From positions 3,944-67,943 of IMG/VR virus record IMGVR_UViG_3300037439_000038: a stretch of 64,000 nucleotides of DNA, one strand, 5' to 3'. The position numbers and the translations under genes were made by a program. The notes below the pieces were generated by a model. It did not search any database, was not told the origin of the DNA, and saw only the letters and a program-made list of their open reading frames with translations. This DNA comes from a virus. Positions 23,622 through 34,530 of the stretch are shown here, piece by piece (the stretch's first letter is position 1; every line of letters begins with the position of its first letter).

Positions 23622-24560
23622 TTAGATCCCTGGGACCGCATAACCCAAACCTTTCGCTAGATACTTCGCACTTCTGATGGAATGAAAGATTGGCGAAAAA
23701 CCGGGAATGATGTGCCAATCGTGATAATGACCATGAGCGCCACTAGATGCAAACCTAGCCGCTGCGCTAATTGTGTTGACTGCTTTAGTACTTGCGCTGA
23801 TAAAGAAAGGAATGTTGCCTATGACCCACATTGGACTAGTCGGATTAGCACCAGCAAGTTTCATCAGATCAGTCTTGCCGACGTTAATTATCAAGTCCTG
23901 CACAGCTTTCCATGGATTATTGAACTGCAAATCTGTCAATGTAGCATAGAAATCAAACAAGTAACTATTAGGATTTGCGTTAGCGTACATATCGTCATAG
24001 AAAGCGTAATCACGCCACAAAACCCCAGGCGGGGTTTCCACTAAAGTATCTTTGGCAATTCCATGCCAGGGCAACATGTTTCCGTTGGGAAATGTCCTAT
24101 CTTGGAATCTGCATGGGTTACCGAAAGTATAAACAGCCTTTAATTGATGCAATCGATGCTTAAGACGTCCACTAGCAAATTCTCGCACTAGTTCTGAAAT
24201 CAGCTGTGCCCCTTGGGAATACCCGCCCAAGACTATATTGTCGTCCATTGGCAATGTCTCAATTTGAGCAACGGCAAAAGTTACCCCATCATCAACAGAT
24301 ACTTCATAACTCGGTGCTCTCAAAGCACTAAAGGGATTGAAACCCGATGGACCCATTGCTGGAATTGGACCAAATGAGCCAGAGTATCCCGGTGGACAAA
24401 GCATAAATGGTTCGAAAATATTCCTAGGTAAGCGATCTGGAAATCTATCATCAAATAACCAAAGACCAAGTCCAACTGGCTTTTTCGGAGCAGGATTTTC
24501 ATTACGGAACATTTCTACTTCCCATGTTCCTGGTGCCCAAAGATAAAAAATTTTCTTCAT
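23622..24560 (-). CDS. lysB: lysin B (cutinase-like mycolyl-arabinogalactan esterase)
   Basis: GGYSQGA nucleophile motif, YTFGNPCR, DDMYA and C-terminal HGHY; located in the lysis cassette. Confidence 0.9.
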   Translation of the reverse strand: MKKIFYLWAPGTWEVEMFRNENPAPKKPVGLGLWLFDDRFPDRLPRNIFEPFMLCPPGYSGSFGPIPAMGPSGFNPFSALRAPSYEVSVDDGVTFAVAQIETLPMDDNIVLGGYSQGAQLISELVREFASGRLKHRLHQLKAVYTFGNPCRFQDRTFPNGNMLPWHGIAKDTLVETPPGVLWRDYAFYDDMYANANPNSYLFDFYATLTDLQFNNPWKAVQDLIINVGKTDLMKLAGANPTSPMWVIGNIPFFISASTKAVNTISAAARFASSGAHGHYHDWHIIPGFSPIFHSIRSAKYLAKGLGYAVPGI

Positions 24561-24988
24561 TAGTCCTTAGCCTTTCCTTTATTGCGTAAAAATATCAACC
24601 AGCTTGGAGGCAAAGGGAAATCAGGGTTAGTCTTTTGAATTTCAGAAGCCGCTATACGATCCCAAGGCGCATGATGTTCGAAAAAGAATTCCTCTAGCAA
24701 TCCTGCCTCGTCACGAACCTCTGCCAATTCCTTTCTGGTAGCCCCCAATTCATCACGAAAAAGTCTTATATCATCTTTAAGTGAATCGATTCGTTCAATA
24801 TACATCTGCTCTGTTGATTCAGCTAATTGCTGAACAATTTGAGCTTGTTGTGTCTCATTCAAACTTGTTTCAGACTGAACCTTTGCAGTCTCCCCCTTGC
24901 GATTTCGGATTGAAATGTAAGCTCCTGTAATAGAAATAATGGCAGCAGCAACAATTCCGAGAGGTTCTAAGAAGGAGACTATGCTCAT
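24560..24988 (-). CDS. lysis-cassette membrane protein (N-terminal TM plus coiled coil)
   Basis: GIVAAAIISITGAYISI helix followed by heptad repeats. Confidence 0.75.
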   Translation of the reverse strand: MSIVSFLEPLGIVAAAIISITGAYISIRNRKGETAKVQSETSLNETQQAQIVQQLAESTEQMYIERIDSLKDDIRLFRDELGATRKELAEVRDEAGLLEEFFFEHHAPWDRIAASEIQKTNPDFPLPPSWLIFLRNKGKAKD

Positions 24989-24989
24989 A

Positions 24990-25481
24990 TTATTCCAGCG
25001 TCTTTCCTAGCCTAGCATTCAGGCTATCAATTTCGTTAGCGAAATCCCAGGCGTTCCAAAGACTTCCAATTAAAATTCCAAGCCCAATAGATCCCCCTAG
25101 AGCAGAAAGCAAAAAATTGCCATAGTTTAGAAAGACAGCCGTAACGTAAACTCCCATACTAACTCCGATAGCGACAATTGACCATTTAGCTAGCTCATAT
25201 GAATCACGAATGTCAGCATGTCTTTTCCAAATCCGTGTGCCTCTTAGGAATCCGGCAATTGTCATAGTAGATCCGACCCACAAAACGCAAGCCATAGATT
25301 GCTGAGTGAAAAAATCTAGGTTAGAAAGAGTTGAATTAGGTACTGGCCCAAGGATTAACATCGAAGTAGCTGTCATCCACAAAGAAACCATAATGCACAT
25401 ATACATGCGTCCATGGTCTAGTCTCTGCGGTCGCTGAAAGAATGAGGCAGGTAACCACTTTCGTAAGTAATTCCTGATCAC
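24990..25481 (-). CDS. lysis-cassette membrane protein (about 4 TM)
   Basis: four hydrophobic segments. Confidence 0.75.
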   Translation of the reverse strand: MIRNYLRKWLPASFFQRPQRLDHGRMYMCIMVSLWMTATSMLILGPVPNSTLSNLDFFTQQSMACVLWVGSTMTIAGFLRGTRIWKRHADIRDSYELAKWSIVAIGVSMGVYVTAVFLNYGNFLLSALGGSIGLGILIGSLWNAWDFANEIDSLNARLGKTLE

Positions 25482-25744
25482 CCTAGTATGCCTCCAATTG
25501 CATCAACAATTCGTCCGATAATTCCTGTGTTTCCTGAACTACCACCACCTCCGTAAGGACGTGGAGAACCACCGAAACCGCCAGTAGGGTTAAGACTTGG
25601 GCACTGATCTTTATTCCAGACATGAGCATTAGATCCAGGGCATTTATAAAGTTGTGCATCATCTGAATTAGATTGCGCGTATGCAGCAGTAGTGCTAAGA
25701 TTTAGAAATATCAACACCACTGCTGCAATACGCTTGTAATTCAT
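25478..25744 (-). CDS. secreted small protein
   Basis: signal peptide ending AYA, two Cys, Gly-rich tail. Confidence 0.65.
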   Translation of the reverse strand: MNYKRIAAVVLIFLNLSTTAAYAQSNSDDAQLYKCPGSNAHVWNKDQCPSLNPTGGFGGSPRPYGGGGSSGNTGIIGRIVDAIGGILG

Positions 25745-26178
25745 TATGGCACAACATCATTCAAATCAGGACCGTTGCGAGTTTTCGGAACCAAAGCAGA
25801 AGTTGCTGTGTTAAACCTGGCAAATAGTGATCCGAAGATTGTTGCTCCTGCAGTTACCAATATAGGAATTTGAGGATTGTCTGTAAATACAGCAACCGCA
25901 GCAGAACTACCCTGAAGTAAAGTTACCAAACCGTAGATTATTCTACGAACTTTGTCTTGAGTAGCACCAATTGAAAGCAATGGATCAACAATTGCAAACA
26001 AATATGGAATCCACAGGTTTGCATCGTTTTCTGTAACAATGCTCATACCAATCAAGGTAGTAACAATGATTGGAACAGCATCGTGAAAGAGTGCTCGCCA
26101 GTCCTCCAGAGTCTTTGGCTTAGTTACACCAGAAACAGGTTGTGTAGTAGCAACTTTAGGCTGTGTTTGCGTTGTCAC
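25744..26178 (-). CDS. putative holin
   Basis: about 4 TM segments directly after lysin A; GTG start behind AAGAGGG. Confidence 0.65.
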   Translation of the reverse strand: MTTQTQPKVATTQPVSGVTKPKTLEDWRALFHDAVPIIVTTLIGMSIVTENDANLWIPYLFAIVDPLLSIGATQDKVRRIIYGLVTLLQGSSAAVAVFTDNPQIPILVTAGATIFGSLFARFNTATSALVPKTRNGPDLNDVVP

Positions 26179-27712
26179 CGTTTCCCTCTTCTTCCGATTC
26201 TTTAAGTGCTTTGAGAATGGATTGGGCATATTTCCTCGCTCCCTCGTTGTCACCTGCTGGTCCCAAACCGTCTGCTACCCTTTGGATTCGGGCAAGATTT
26301 TTAGAATCTCCCAGCATTGCCCCAATAATTACTTTATTATCCCAAGTATTTCCATCAGTGTTCAAAAGCATTCCAATGGTATCATCGACACCCTCATCAG
26401 AATCTCTGAAAACTGCTCTACTAGGCCACTTTCCACCAATGCTTGCTACATCAGGATATGCCATAACTTTTTGCCACATCTGGTGAATTTTCTCATCTGT
26501 AGTTGGCACTTTAATAGCCTCCTTCATTCCAAACAAAACTAGCATTTCGTTGATATTGTAGGGTGACCAGTTAACGTCGACATTCATTCCCTCCCAAGGC
26601 TTTTGATCTAATGCCGTAGAAGTAAATTGATGAGCTATAGCGTCAATCTTGACTTGCGAGTCGCGTATTCCACTAATATCTCCGGGCGTCCGATTATATT
26701 GGGGGACAACAAGATTGACATTTCCTCGCGTGGGCCAAAGCGCAGGATCGGCATTTGAGTTGTAATACCCGATGACCCTTGCAAAATTGCTATACCACTT
26801 ACGAATACGGTTGACTTCATCGTTGATTTCCCAACTGTTATTTCCGGTGACAAGTCCTGTCTTTGGATCGCCACCCTCAATATCAACCATCGTCACTGTT
26901 CGTGGATGATTGAAAAGTCCTGCCTCTTCAAGCATTTCACGGTGAAGATCGCAGTTAGCCTGCATTGGCCGGAAAAAGTAGTAAGGAATAACTATGTCAA
27001 GTTTGCCCTTGTCAAGCAATTCCTTTGCAGCTCTTGCGTTTTCAATTCCAAGTGCATCCCGTTTATCTCCGCTGTTTGTACGGAAACTGAATATACGATG
27101 TGAATATGATTCATCGACCACTTTAACTTGATATTGTGAAACGTCGCACCAGAACAAACCACCTGCATCAGGTACAACGATTTTTCTTGGAATAACTGGA
27201 CCACCGCCACCACGACGGAGGGTAGAGAATCCATCAGGTCGAATAAACTTAGAAATAAACTCTCCCACAAGAGGATTGTTATGAGTATTACCATTCATCT
27301 GAAAATGCATTGAGTCTCTGGGACTTGTCCAATCCTGGCCCCAAAAAACGATTTTCAGACCCTTATAGGTATAGAATGCTAAAAGCTCTCTAATACCAGC
27401 CTCTTCGGCGGGAGTAAATCCTGCCAATGAAATACGGAAAGTATGATCTGACCAGTTATAATCAAATGCTGTACCCGACAAGTGATTTGAATTCCAAACT
27501 GAATTTTGCGGTGTCCACCCGCCTTCGTCTGTGCCGCCTCTCGCGTTATATATGCTTTCAACGTAAGCATGTATATCCGCAGCGAAAGCCTTTAAAACTA
27601 TTGATGGCCAACCTATTTGAAGTGGTATAACCACATCGGTTCCGGGAATGGGGGATCTATCTAAAAGGTCTGCCCCAACCTGAAACCAACCATTTTCAGT
27701 CTGTAATGCCAT
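26156..27712 (-). CDS. lysA: lysin A (M15-like Zn peptidase + GH25-like muramidase)
   Basis: TENGW N-terminus, SNHLSGTAFD and DSMHFQ peptidase motifs; WCDVSQYQ, DIEGG, HQFTS glycoside hydrolase motifs. Confidence 0.92.
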   Translation of the reverse strand: MALQTENGWFQVGADLLDRSPIPGTDVVIPLQIGWPSIVLKAFAADIHAYVESIYNARGGTDEGGWTPQNSVWNSNHLSGTAFDYNWSDHTFRISLAGFTPAEEAGIRELLAFYTYKGLKIVFWGQDWTSPRDSMHFQMNGNTHNNPLVGEFISKFIRPDGFSTLRRGGGGPVIPRKIVVPDAGGLFWCDVSQYQVKVVDESYSHRIFSFRTNSGDKRDALGIENARAAKELLDKGKLDIVIPYYFFRPMQANCDLHREMLEEAGLFNHPRTVTMVDIEGGDPKTGLVTGNNSWEINDEVNRIRKWYSNFARVIGYYNSNADPALWPTRGNVNLVVPQYNRTPGDISGIRDSQVKIDAIAHQFTSTALDQKPWEGMNVDVNWSPYNINEMLVLFGMKEAIKVPTTDEKIHQMWQKVMAYPDVASIGGKWPSRAVFRDSDEGVDDTIGMLLNTDGNTWDNKVIIGAMLGDSKNLARIQRVADGLGPAGDNEGARKYAQSILKALKESEEEGNGDNANTA

Positions 27713-27715
27713 GCG

Positions 27716-27829
27716 CTACACCTTCTTTACTTGTCCATGTCTGGGACAAATCCAGAACTTTCCTGCAACAAGTATCAATCCTAAATTGCAGTTTCTTTTT
27801 GTGCATGTGGGTTGAAGTGGATTAGACAT
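27716..27829 (-). CDS. 37-aa Cys-rich peptide
   Basis: translated by hand MSNPLQPTCTKRNCNLGLILVAGKFWICPRHGQVKKV; exactly fills the gap; SD GAGG. Confidence 0.45.
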   Translation of the reverse strand: MSNPLQPTCTKRNCNLGLILVAGKFWICPRHGQVKKV

Positions 27830-27831
27830 AA

Positions 27832-28233
27832 TTACACCTCAAACAATCCACCAGTAACCACAAAAGTAATATCAGATCCGTTGGTAGCCTTGGGCAATCC
27901 AGCAGCTTCATCATCAACATGAATCAGTCGTGCTAGAGCAGGATCTGCATTATACTTAGCGACAACAATTTTTGCGATATCGTCACCTTCCGCAACTTCT
28001 GGAAAGGTAGGATTAGTGAAACTGAAAACCCCTGCTGTGACTGATCTTCCAGTAACATTGGGAGAAACTGCTCGAATATATCCAGCTGTTATTACTGACA
28101 GAAACTCGTCTGTTGCCAGATTTGGCGTATATCCCGAAGTTACTGCGTAGCAACGGATATCATCGCCACCCTCACTAAGATCAAACTCTCCAGTGAGCAA
28201 TTCTTCGTTAAAATGATCATACCTTGACTTCAT
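27832..28233 (-). CDS. minor tail protein
   Basis: beta-rich, ends LPKATNGSDITF, typical of small tail-tip proteins; last gene of the tail module. Confidence 0.7.
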   Translation of the reverse strand: MKSRYDHFNEELLTGEFDLSEGGDDIRCYAVTSGYTPNLATDEFLSVITAGYIRAVSPNVTGRSVTAGVFSFTNPTFPEVAEGDDIAKIVVAKYNADPALARLIHVDDEAAGLPKATNGSDITFVVTGGLFEV

Positions 28234-28262
28234 TTCTTCCTTCTTTCTACTTTGTTATTGAA

Positions 28263-29384
28263 TTACGGTGCAGTCCCTCTCCATTCAAGAAGAATTGCAC
28301 CATCTCCACCGTTTTGGCCTGGTTGCCCATAAACATTACCGTTGGAATATCCACCTCCACCACCTGATGCATAATCCCCACCAAGTTGTCCTTCGCCACC
28401 GCCTGCTCCTGCATTTAGTGGAGGTGGCGCATCAGCGTTTGCTCCTGCACCTGTAGTTCCTGTTTTTGTAGTGGAACTACCACCAGCGCGAACAGCGCCA
28501 GAAATACCACCATACGAACCACGACCACCAGCACCACCAGGACCGGCATTTTCTGTATTACTTACACCAGGTTGCCCTCCTTGCATATGACTACTGCCAC
28601 CAGCTGAACCGTTAGCCCCAGTTACTCCGGTGAATCCAGATTGAGACCATCCACCCCCAGCTCCACCAGGTGCAGTAGCATTATAATTACCATTTAGTGA
28701 TCCGTTCACTCCACCTAGAGCACTTAAGTTTTTACCTGTTTGAGTGCTAAATATGGAAGTCCTTGTGCCAGCTGGATTTCCGGGTACAGCTGAATACCAA
28801 TCTCCAATATCAGCAAGACTGACCCAAAAACGATTAGTTCGTCCACCGCCACCGCCGCCAGATCCACCTGTTACATTGTAAGCAGTAGAACCATTAGCGC
28901 CACGACCTCCAGCGGCTAGATTAGTTACATAACAACCAGCTGCTCCATCCGGCGGCGTTTGTTCTATCCTAGGAGCACCAAAAAGAATTAATTCATCTAG
29001 ACTGGTAAAGATTCGTAGAACTTCTGTGTCTCCGTACACATTTGAAGGATCGGATTTCGTAGCTGTAATTTCAGCATCACCTGAAGCTTCAACTCCTGTT
29101 TCTCCATAAGTTGTACTAGCAGAACTTGAAGTAGTCTCAATTCGTAGAGTCTCTTTAATTGAGGTGTCGCCGTAGATAATTGAAGGATCTGTAAGTTCTG
29201 CTTCAATTAGTGCTGAGCCTGTGGCCTCAATATCAGTGGTACCGTAGAGAATTGAGGGTCCACTTGGCAATGCCATAATTAACGCATCACCTTCAACTAC
29301 CACACCTGTTGTTCCGTAAAAAATACTTGGAGAAGTCTTAACTGAATGAACAAATTTTTCAGCGTGCCAAGTGGGAGTAGTCAT
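28263..29384 (-). CDS. glycine-rich minor tail protein
   Basis: repeated PSxxYGxT units followed by GGGGG-rich domain. Confidence 0.8.
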   Translation of the reverse strand: MTTPTWHAEKFVHSVKTSPSIFYGTTGVVVEGDALIMALPSGPSILYGTTDIEATGSALIEAELTDPSIIYGDTSIKETLRIETTSSSASTTYGETGVEASGDAEITATKSDPSNVYGDTEVLRIFTSLDELILFGAPRIEQTPPDGAAGCYVTNLAAGGRGANGSTAYNVTGGSGGGGGGRTNRFWVSLADIGDWYSAVPGNPAGTRTSIFSTQTGKNLSALGGVNGSLNGNYNATAPGGAGGGWSQSGFTGVTGANGSAGGSSHMQGGQPGVSNTENAGPGGAGGRGSYGGISGAVRAGGSSTTKTGTTGAGANADAPPPLNAGAGGGEGQLGGDYASGGGGGYSNGNVYGQPGQNGGDGAILLEWRGTAP

Positions 29385-31681
29385 TAGACAAACCTAGCAT
29401 TTGTAAGACCATCTCCACCATAACCACTGGTTCCTACTACGTCCCAACCACTTCCACCACCACCACCACCGCCGCCAGGAGTACCACCATTTCCACCTGC
29501 ATATCCAGCAGAAGGATATGTGAGTGCATTTCCTAATCCACCTGTGCCAGCAGATCCAGCGTGCAAATCTTCACCATTTTTTCCATGCGGATCATAGACT
29601 GAAGCATTAGATACTCCACCAGGTTGAGTACTAGAATCTCCACCCTTTGTTCCTGGTGTAATATATCCCCAAAATGCAGGTCCACCACTTCCACCACCGG
29701 GACCAGCGTTTACAGTGTTATTTGCACCAGGCCCAGATCCCTGTCTTGTAACAACACCTGTCAATCCTGTTACAAGACAAAGTCCTCCAACCTTACTAGC
29801 TCCACCTTTAGATCTAATCTCGCAAAGCAAATCACCCGCAGTATTTTTTATATTAAAGAATGAATCTCCACCGGCTTGACCATGTGCCGATCCACCTTTT
29901 AATCCTTGAGCACTCGAATAATAAAGCGCGCCATGGGTTTCAGCTAAATCATCAAGCAATTCTTTAGTAATGAGGTATTCATCGTTAGCGCCACCACCAG
30001 CACCACCTGAACCACCATAAGTATTGAATCCTCCACCGGCATATCCTCGCTGACCTGCTCCTACAGTACGAACATAAATTCCCTCTGTAAGTCCAACTGG
30101 GACAGGCTCATTGGTGCGAGTTATATTCTTTTCAGTGAATGGCTCAAAGGTAACCCCGCCGGTGAGTTCTGTTGTACCATAGAAACTAGAAGCAGGTGAC
30201 TTACCTTGTGATTCAATAGAATCCGGCATAATAGAAATAACACTGGTAGTTCCATAGTATCCTGATGGATTACTCTTTTCAGAAACAACCATATCTGGCT
30301 GACTGAGATACATTGGGTCACCCAATGATCCAGGATAAAGTCTTTCAGCAACTCTTGTGAAGATTTCTGCCATTACCTCAACGTTTGGTGTTTGAAAGTT
30401 CCCTTGAACGGTAATAATTGCACCAGTTGGAATGTGGAAGAACAATGAACATTCATAACCAGGAACAGTTCCAGGATGACCAAGCCATTCGCCGATTTGA
30501 ACAACGGATAAACCATACCCGTATTGTGTTGCCCCATAAGCATGGAAAGGAACAAGTTCAAAGGTGCTGCGTCGCACTATTTCTGAGTTCAAACTAATAA
30601 GAATATTGTCTCGTAGCGCTTTTGCAAAGTTATGCAAAGCACCAGATTGAGCAACCAAAGCACCTGATGGTCCTGCATAATTGGGATTCCATATTGTTTG
30701 ATCATTTGTAGCACCAGCTGGAATAATTCCAAGCATTCCCAAAAGACCAGCAATTAGACCACCAAGAATAGGAATAGCAGCAGCTATCCCATTGTAAATA
30801 TGATTAACTCCGTAGCCGTGTGCGTATGGGGTAGGCATGTTCGCGCTATTAGGCCAACGAATTCCATCCGAAAGACCAAGTACCCCAATGACATCCTCTT
30901 CGATAATCTGCTTTATTTTCCTACCTGAATCATCAAGTTTCTCGGCAATCGCAGCCAGTAGAATATGATTACCGTTGCTATACTGAAAAGCTGTATCTGG
31001 TTCGAATTGCGTTGCGCCAGCTTTAATTGCAGCAATTGCTGTTGCATCTGAATATGCACCAGTTGGACTCATTACGTTAGCTTGCTGGAAAGCCGGTTGA
31101 ATATCATAAGGGAAAATTCCAGAACGCATCATAAGCATATCTTTAACGCTTATTTTTTCCCCATTAGGAATGTCATCAACATACTGATTAAGTTTATCTG
31201 TAAGTTTAAGCTTTCCTTCATCAATAAGCATAAATGTTTTTAAACTATTGAAAAGCTTTGTGGTACTACCGATTCTAAGAAAATCATCTAAGGTAATCGC
31301 CCTATTGCCAGCAGAGCCTTGAGCAACTGAATATTGCCCAGCTGGGCCGTCAGTAGTGAGAATTACACCTGGTAGTTTACTAACAGCACGTCTTGCAGCA
31401 ATAGTTTGATCAATAAAATCTTTGTCCTCTTGGAGCATTTCTCCACCAAAAGGAGCACCTGCTGAAGTAGTACCTATTAAAGCTGTTGGAAATAGATCAG
31501 ATTCCCAACCTGCTGAATCAATATTTGTACCATAGAAAGCATAACTTCTACCAGAACGAAAACCTTCTACTCTCACCGGAGTACCAACTGGCACAGGAGA
31601 ATCCGTGTACTTTATGTAATCTCCGGTTTCAACACCTCCGATAATTTCTCGGTAATAGAGATTACGAGAAACGATTGCCAT
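29384..31681 (-). CDS. minor tail protein with D-Ala-D-Ala carboxypeptidase/beta-lactamase domain
   Basis: SxxK (STTK), YxN (YSN) and HxG (HPG) motifs between a short N-terminal domain and a glycine-rich C-terminal domain. Confidence 0.88.
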   Translation of the reverse strand: MAIVSRNLYYREIIGGVETGDYIKYTDSPVPVGTPVRVEGFRSGRSYAFYGTNIDSAGWESDLFPTALIGTTSAGAPFGGEMLQEDKDFIDQTIAARRAVSKLPGVILTTDGPAGQYSVAQGSAGNRAITLDDFLRIGSTTKLFNSLKTFMLIDEGKLKLTDKLNQYVDDIPNGEKISVKDMLMMRSGIFPYDIQPAFQQANVMSPTGAYSDATAIAAIKAGATQFEPDTAFQYSNGNHILLAAIAEKLDDSGRKIKQIIEEDVIGVLGLSDGIRWPNSANMPTPYAHGYGVNHIYNGIAAAIPILGGLIAGLLGMLGIIPAGATNDQTIWNPNYAGPSGALVAQSGALHNFAKALRDNILISLNSEIVRRSTFELVPFHAYGATQYGYGLSVVQIGEWLGHPGTVPGYECSLFFHIPTGAIITVQGNFQTPNVEVMAEIFTRVAERLYPGSLGDPMYLSQPDMVVSEKSNPSGYYGTTSVISIMPDSIESQGKSPASSFYGTTELTGGVTFEPFTEKNITRTNEPVPVGLTEGIYVRTVGAGQRGYAGGGFNTYGGSGGAGGGANDEYLITKELLDDLAETHGALYYSSAQGLKGGSAHGQAGGDSFFNIKNTAGDLLCEIRSKGGASKVGGLCLVTGLTGVVTRQGSGPGANNTVNAGPGGGSGGPAFWGYITPGTKGGDSSTQPGGVSNASVYDPHGKNGEDLHAGSAGTGGLGNALTYPSAGYAGGNGGTPGGGGGGGGSGWDVVGTSGYGGDGLTNARFV

Positions 31682-34530
31682 TAGTCGCTACCTCCCTGGA
31701 TATCAATAAGGAATCCAGTTGGGTTAGTTTCCAAAATCGTCATACTTGTCGGAGGTGTCGGAGGCGTCAAATCACCTGTTCCACTTGAAGGAATTTCACC
31801 CTCAACAGGATCTTGTCTAAACCTAACGTAGGCACCAGCTTTCGCGCCTGCTCCCCCGCCGTTGAGAATTCCAGTCAGCCAGTGCCCCCCGGCTCCACCG
31901 CCACCCGGAGAAAGACCGGCTCCACCAGCAGATTTTTGATCGCCACCGGCAACGTATGGAAATCCTTTGTACTCAAAAACTTTCGGACCACGTCCAATAG
32001 TGCCACTGCCACCAAAGGCAGGACCAGAGCCAGCAGCACCAGCGGTTGCTGTAACTCCGTATTCATCAAGCCAAATTCTCATTGCTGTTATATCGAATTC
32101 CACAATTTGATCGCCAACGAAGTGATCCCCGCGAACAACGGTAGTTGCGTTGAAAAGTCCTGGGCTACCACCCATTCCACCAAACGGAGGAATACCACCA
32201 GCGCCCGGTCCACCTCGACCAACAACAACCAAGTCAACGTAAACTGCCCACTTAGGAACAATAACTGTAGTTGATTCAGTAAGTGGTCCAACCATTACCG
32301 GATCATGATAATTAGTAGAGTTGCCAGTATCAATACCAGTTTCTATATACATCACTTTGGTAGTAGTAGCTACTGCTCCACTAGCGATAGAAGAAGCTGG
32401 AAAGGTTGGTGTAGTTTCATTACGTTGTGCTGCAAGAGCTTTCACTAATGCGTGCGGATGATCAGGAATAGGATCTTCTGTATCAAATCCCTTAACAAAG
32501 ATCGATCCACCAACGGGAACTAGTTGATATTCATAATCTTCACCAATAACCTGTGCTGGAGGAACAGGGAATTGGTAGAAAACCCAATCCCTACTAGCAG
32601 AAGTAGCACCTGGTGGGAATTCACTGATTATATTGGTACTATGGTGAACTAGTACTCTAGCAGCAGTTTCAGCATTAATTTTTCTAACATTGCAATAAAC
32701 AGCTGTAGTTCCAGATCCAAGATATCCCAAAAATGAAAGAACACCTAATGGACGAGATTTTCCAATTCGATGTGTAACACAAAGACTTTCAGCTTGGGTT
32801 ACCTCAAGATAAGTATTTGCAGAGGTGTACGGAATGTTTGAATCGCTAGTTGCCATAAGACCATTGGCAACAGGTTCAGCATTTCTAATTCCTAAAAGAC
32901 TATAAGCAAGTTGACCAAGAAATGAGTTAGATCCAAGAATATTAAATACATTAAATGCATCTGCAGGGCTAGCGCCAGTTCCGCCCGGCGCATTTACAGC
33001 TCCACCGACTATTGCATCTAGAATCCCCATAAGAGATTCCCCGATATTTCCACCGCCAAGGACGCCAGAGATAATAGTGAACGGAATGCTAGTGAGGGCA
33101 CCAATTAATTGTGGAATTGTTGCAAGCAGCGAACTTGAACCAGTGAGAGCATTGAAAATGGTATTAATGATATTCTGGTCTGAGCCAAATAGTGTTTCAA
33201 GGAATCCCGGCAATCCGTTGACAACTTCAGGATCAATCAAAGATTCCTGACTAACCCAAGAATCATCGAAATCAAAGGTGCCAGTTGTTGCTTGAGGTGT
33301 AACTAGAACTCTCTTCTGAATTCCAGTTACATCATCTGGTGTATCATAAGTTGCAGCTAGTTCAAATCCCGGCCATGCGAGCATCGAAGCTGTTGGGGCA
33401 TAAGCAGTTAGAAGCTCTGGTGGTTGTTTTACGTTTCCCTTCCAAGGAATAACCCAAAGTTCAATTGGTGATCCTGTACCAGTGTATCCACTATAAGATA
33501 AAAAGATTGAAAGATCAACTGGCTTACCAGGAACCACAAGCATTTGAGAGTTGTGGTCTTTTCCGGTGACTAGGGAATGATATCTACCATCAGCGACAAT
33601 CCTTGCTGATCCGGTGCCATCATCATCTTTGGAATTATAAGCAACAGTTAAGCCCTCTTGGTTTGTTGAAATAGAACCAAATGGAAAGTCTTCATTCTCA
33701 ACAAGATTGACGTCCTCCCCGGTAATAGCACTCGCAGGAACTTGAGTAGTACCAGGACGTAAAAACCCGAACAGATTTGCAGCATTAAGTGGGGAAAAAA
33801 CCGTAAGGAACGAACTTGCTGTATTGACAATAAATGTCAAAGCCTCAATAAAAGGAACGCCCAGAGTTGAAAGCAGAGAAAAAACCGGCTTTAGAGGTTC
33901 AAGTGCGAGTAAATCAAACAAATCTAGAACACTAGCTAAAAGATCGCCAAGGTCACCAAAGCTGATAAATCCCAACGCATCTAGCAGACCTGATAAGCTT
34001 TGAAAGAATTCTTCAAAACTGTCAGTGAAAAGGTATATAGCATCACGTAATTCAGTGAGACTTTCGATAAAGGCCGGTGACATGCCAAGATCTTCTGCCC
34101 AGGCAAGGATTGCGTCAAAGATTACATCGGTGAATTGATCAAGTGGAATAATGTAGTTATTGAACATATTCCACGCTGCTTCAAAGAGATTCAGCGGGAA
34201 CGGTGTATCAGGATTAATGCCTAAAAGAGCGCCAAGGCCCTGAATAATATACTTAAGATCACCAAGTTCAATTCCAGTTGGTTCAAGTCCTGCGAACAGA
34301 ACAAACAGATCACCAGCAAAACCTGTGATCTGTTCAATAATATTCTGATTCGCGCTGTCTACACCCTTTTGCAACTTGGATAGAAATGCAGTGTGAGTAT
34401 CAGCAACCTGGTTAAGAAAGCTAATGTTCTTTACAAAGTCTTTGTTAGCAAAACTCTTTTGTCCAACGTTCAAGTCCCGCAACAACGCAGCTTCGCGAGA
34501 TACCGGGGAGGCGTTTAGGCTAGCTGTCAT
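31681..34530 (-). CDS. minor tail protein (large, central fibre/receptor-binding candidate)
   Basis: 949 aa, helical N-terminus, carbohydrate-binding-like central beta domain, Gly-rich C-terminus. Confidence 0.8.
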   Translation of the reverse strand: MTASLNASPVSREAALLRDLNVGQKSFANKDFVKNISFLNQVADTHTAFLSKLQKGVDSANQNIIEQITGFAGDLFVLFAGLEPTGIELGDLKYIIQGLGALLGINPDTPFPLNLFEAAWNMFNNYIIPLDQFTDVIFDAILAWAEDLGMSPAFIESLTELRDAIYLFTDSFEEFFQSLSGLLDALGFISFGDLGDLLASVLDLFDLLALEPLKPVFSLLSTLGVPFIEALTFIVNTASSFLTVFSPLNAANLFGFLRPGTTQVPASAITGEDVNLVENEDFPFGSISTNQEGLTVAYNSKDDDGTGSARIVADGRYHSLVTGKDHNSQMLVVPGKPVDLSIFLSYSGYTGTGSPIELWVIPWKGNVKQPPELLTAYAPTASMLAWPGFELAATYDTPDDVTGIQKRVLVTPQATTGTFDFDDSWVSQESLIDPEVVNGLPGFLETLFGSDQNIINTIFNALTGSSSLLATIPQLIGALTSIPFTIISGVLGGGNIGESLMGILDAIVGGAVNAPGGTGASPADAFNVFNILGSNSFLGQLAYSLLGIRNAEPVANGLMATSDSNIPYTSANTYLEVTQAESLCVTHRIGKSRPLGVLSFLGYLGSGTTAVYCNVRKINAETAARVLVHHSTNIISEFPPGATSASRDWVFYQFPVPPAQVIGEDYEYQLVPVGGSIFVKGFDTEDPIPDHPHALVKALAAQRNETTPTFPASSIASGAVATTTKVMYIETGIDTGNSTNYHDPVMVGPLTESTTVIVPKWAVYVDLVVVGRGGPGAGGIPPFGGMGGSPGLFNATTVVRGDHFVGDQIVEFDITAMRIWLDEYGVTATAGAAGSGPAFGGSGTIGRGPKVFEYKGFPYVAGGDQKSAGGAGLSPGGGGAGGHWLTGILNGGGAGAKAGAYVRFRQDPVEGEIPSSGTGDLTPPTPPTSMTILETNPTGFLIDIQGGSD

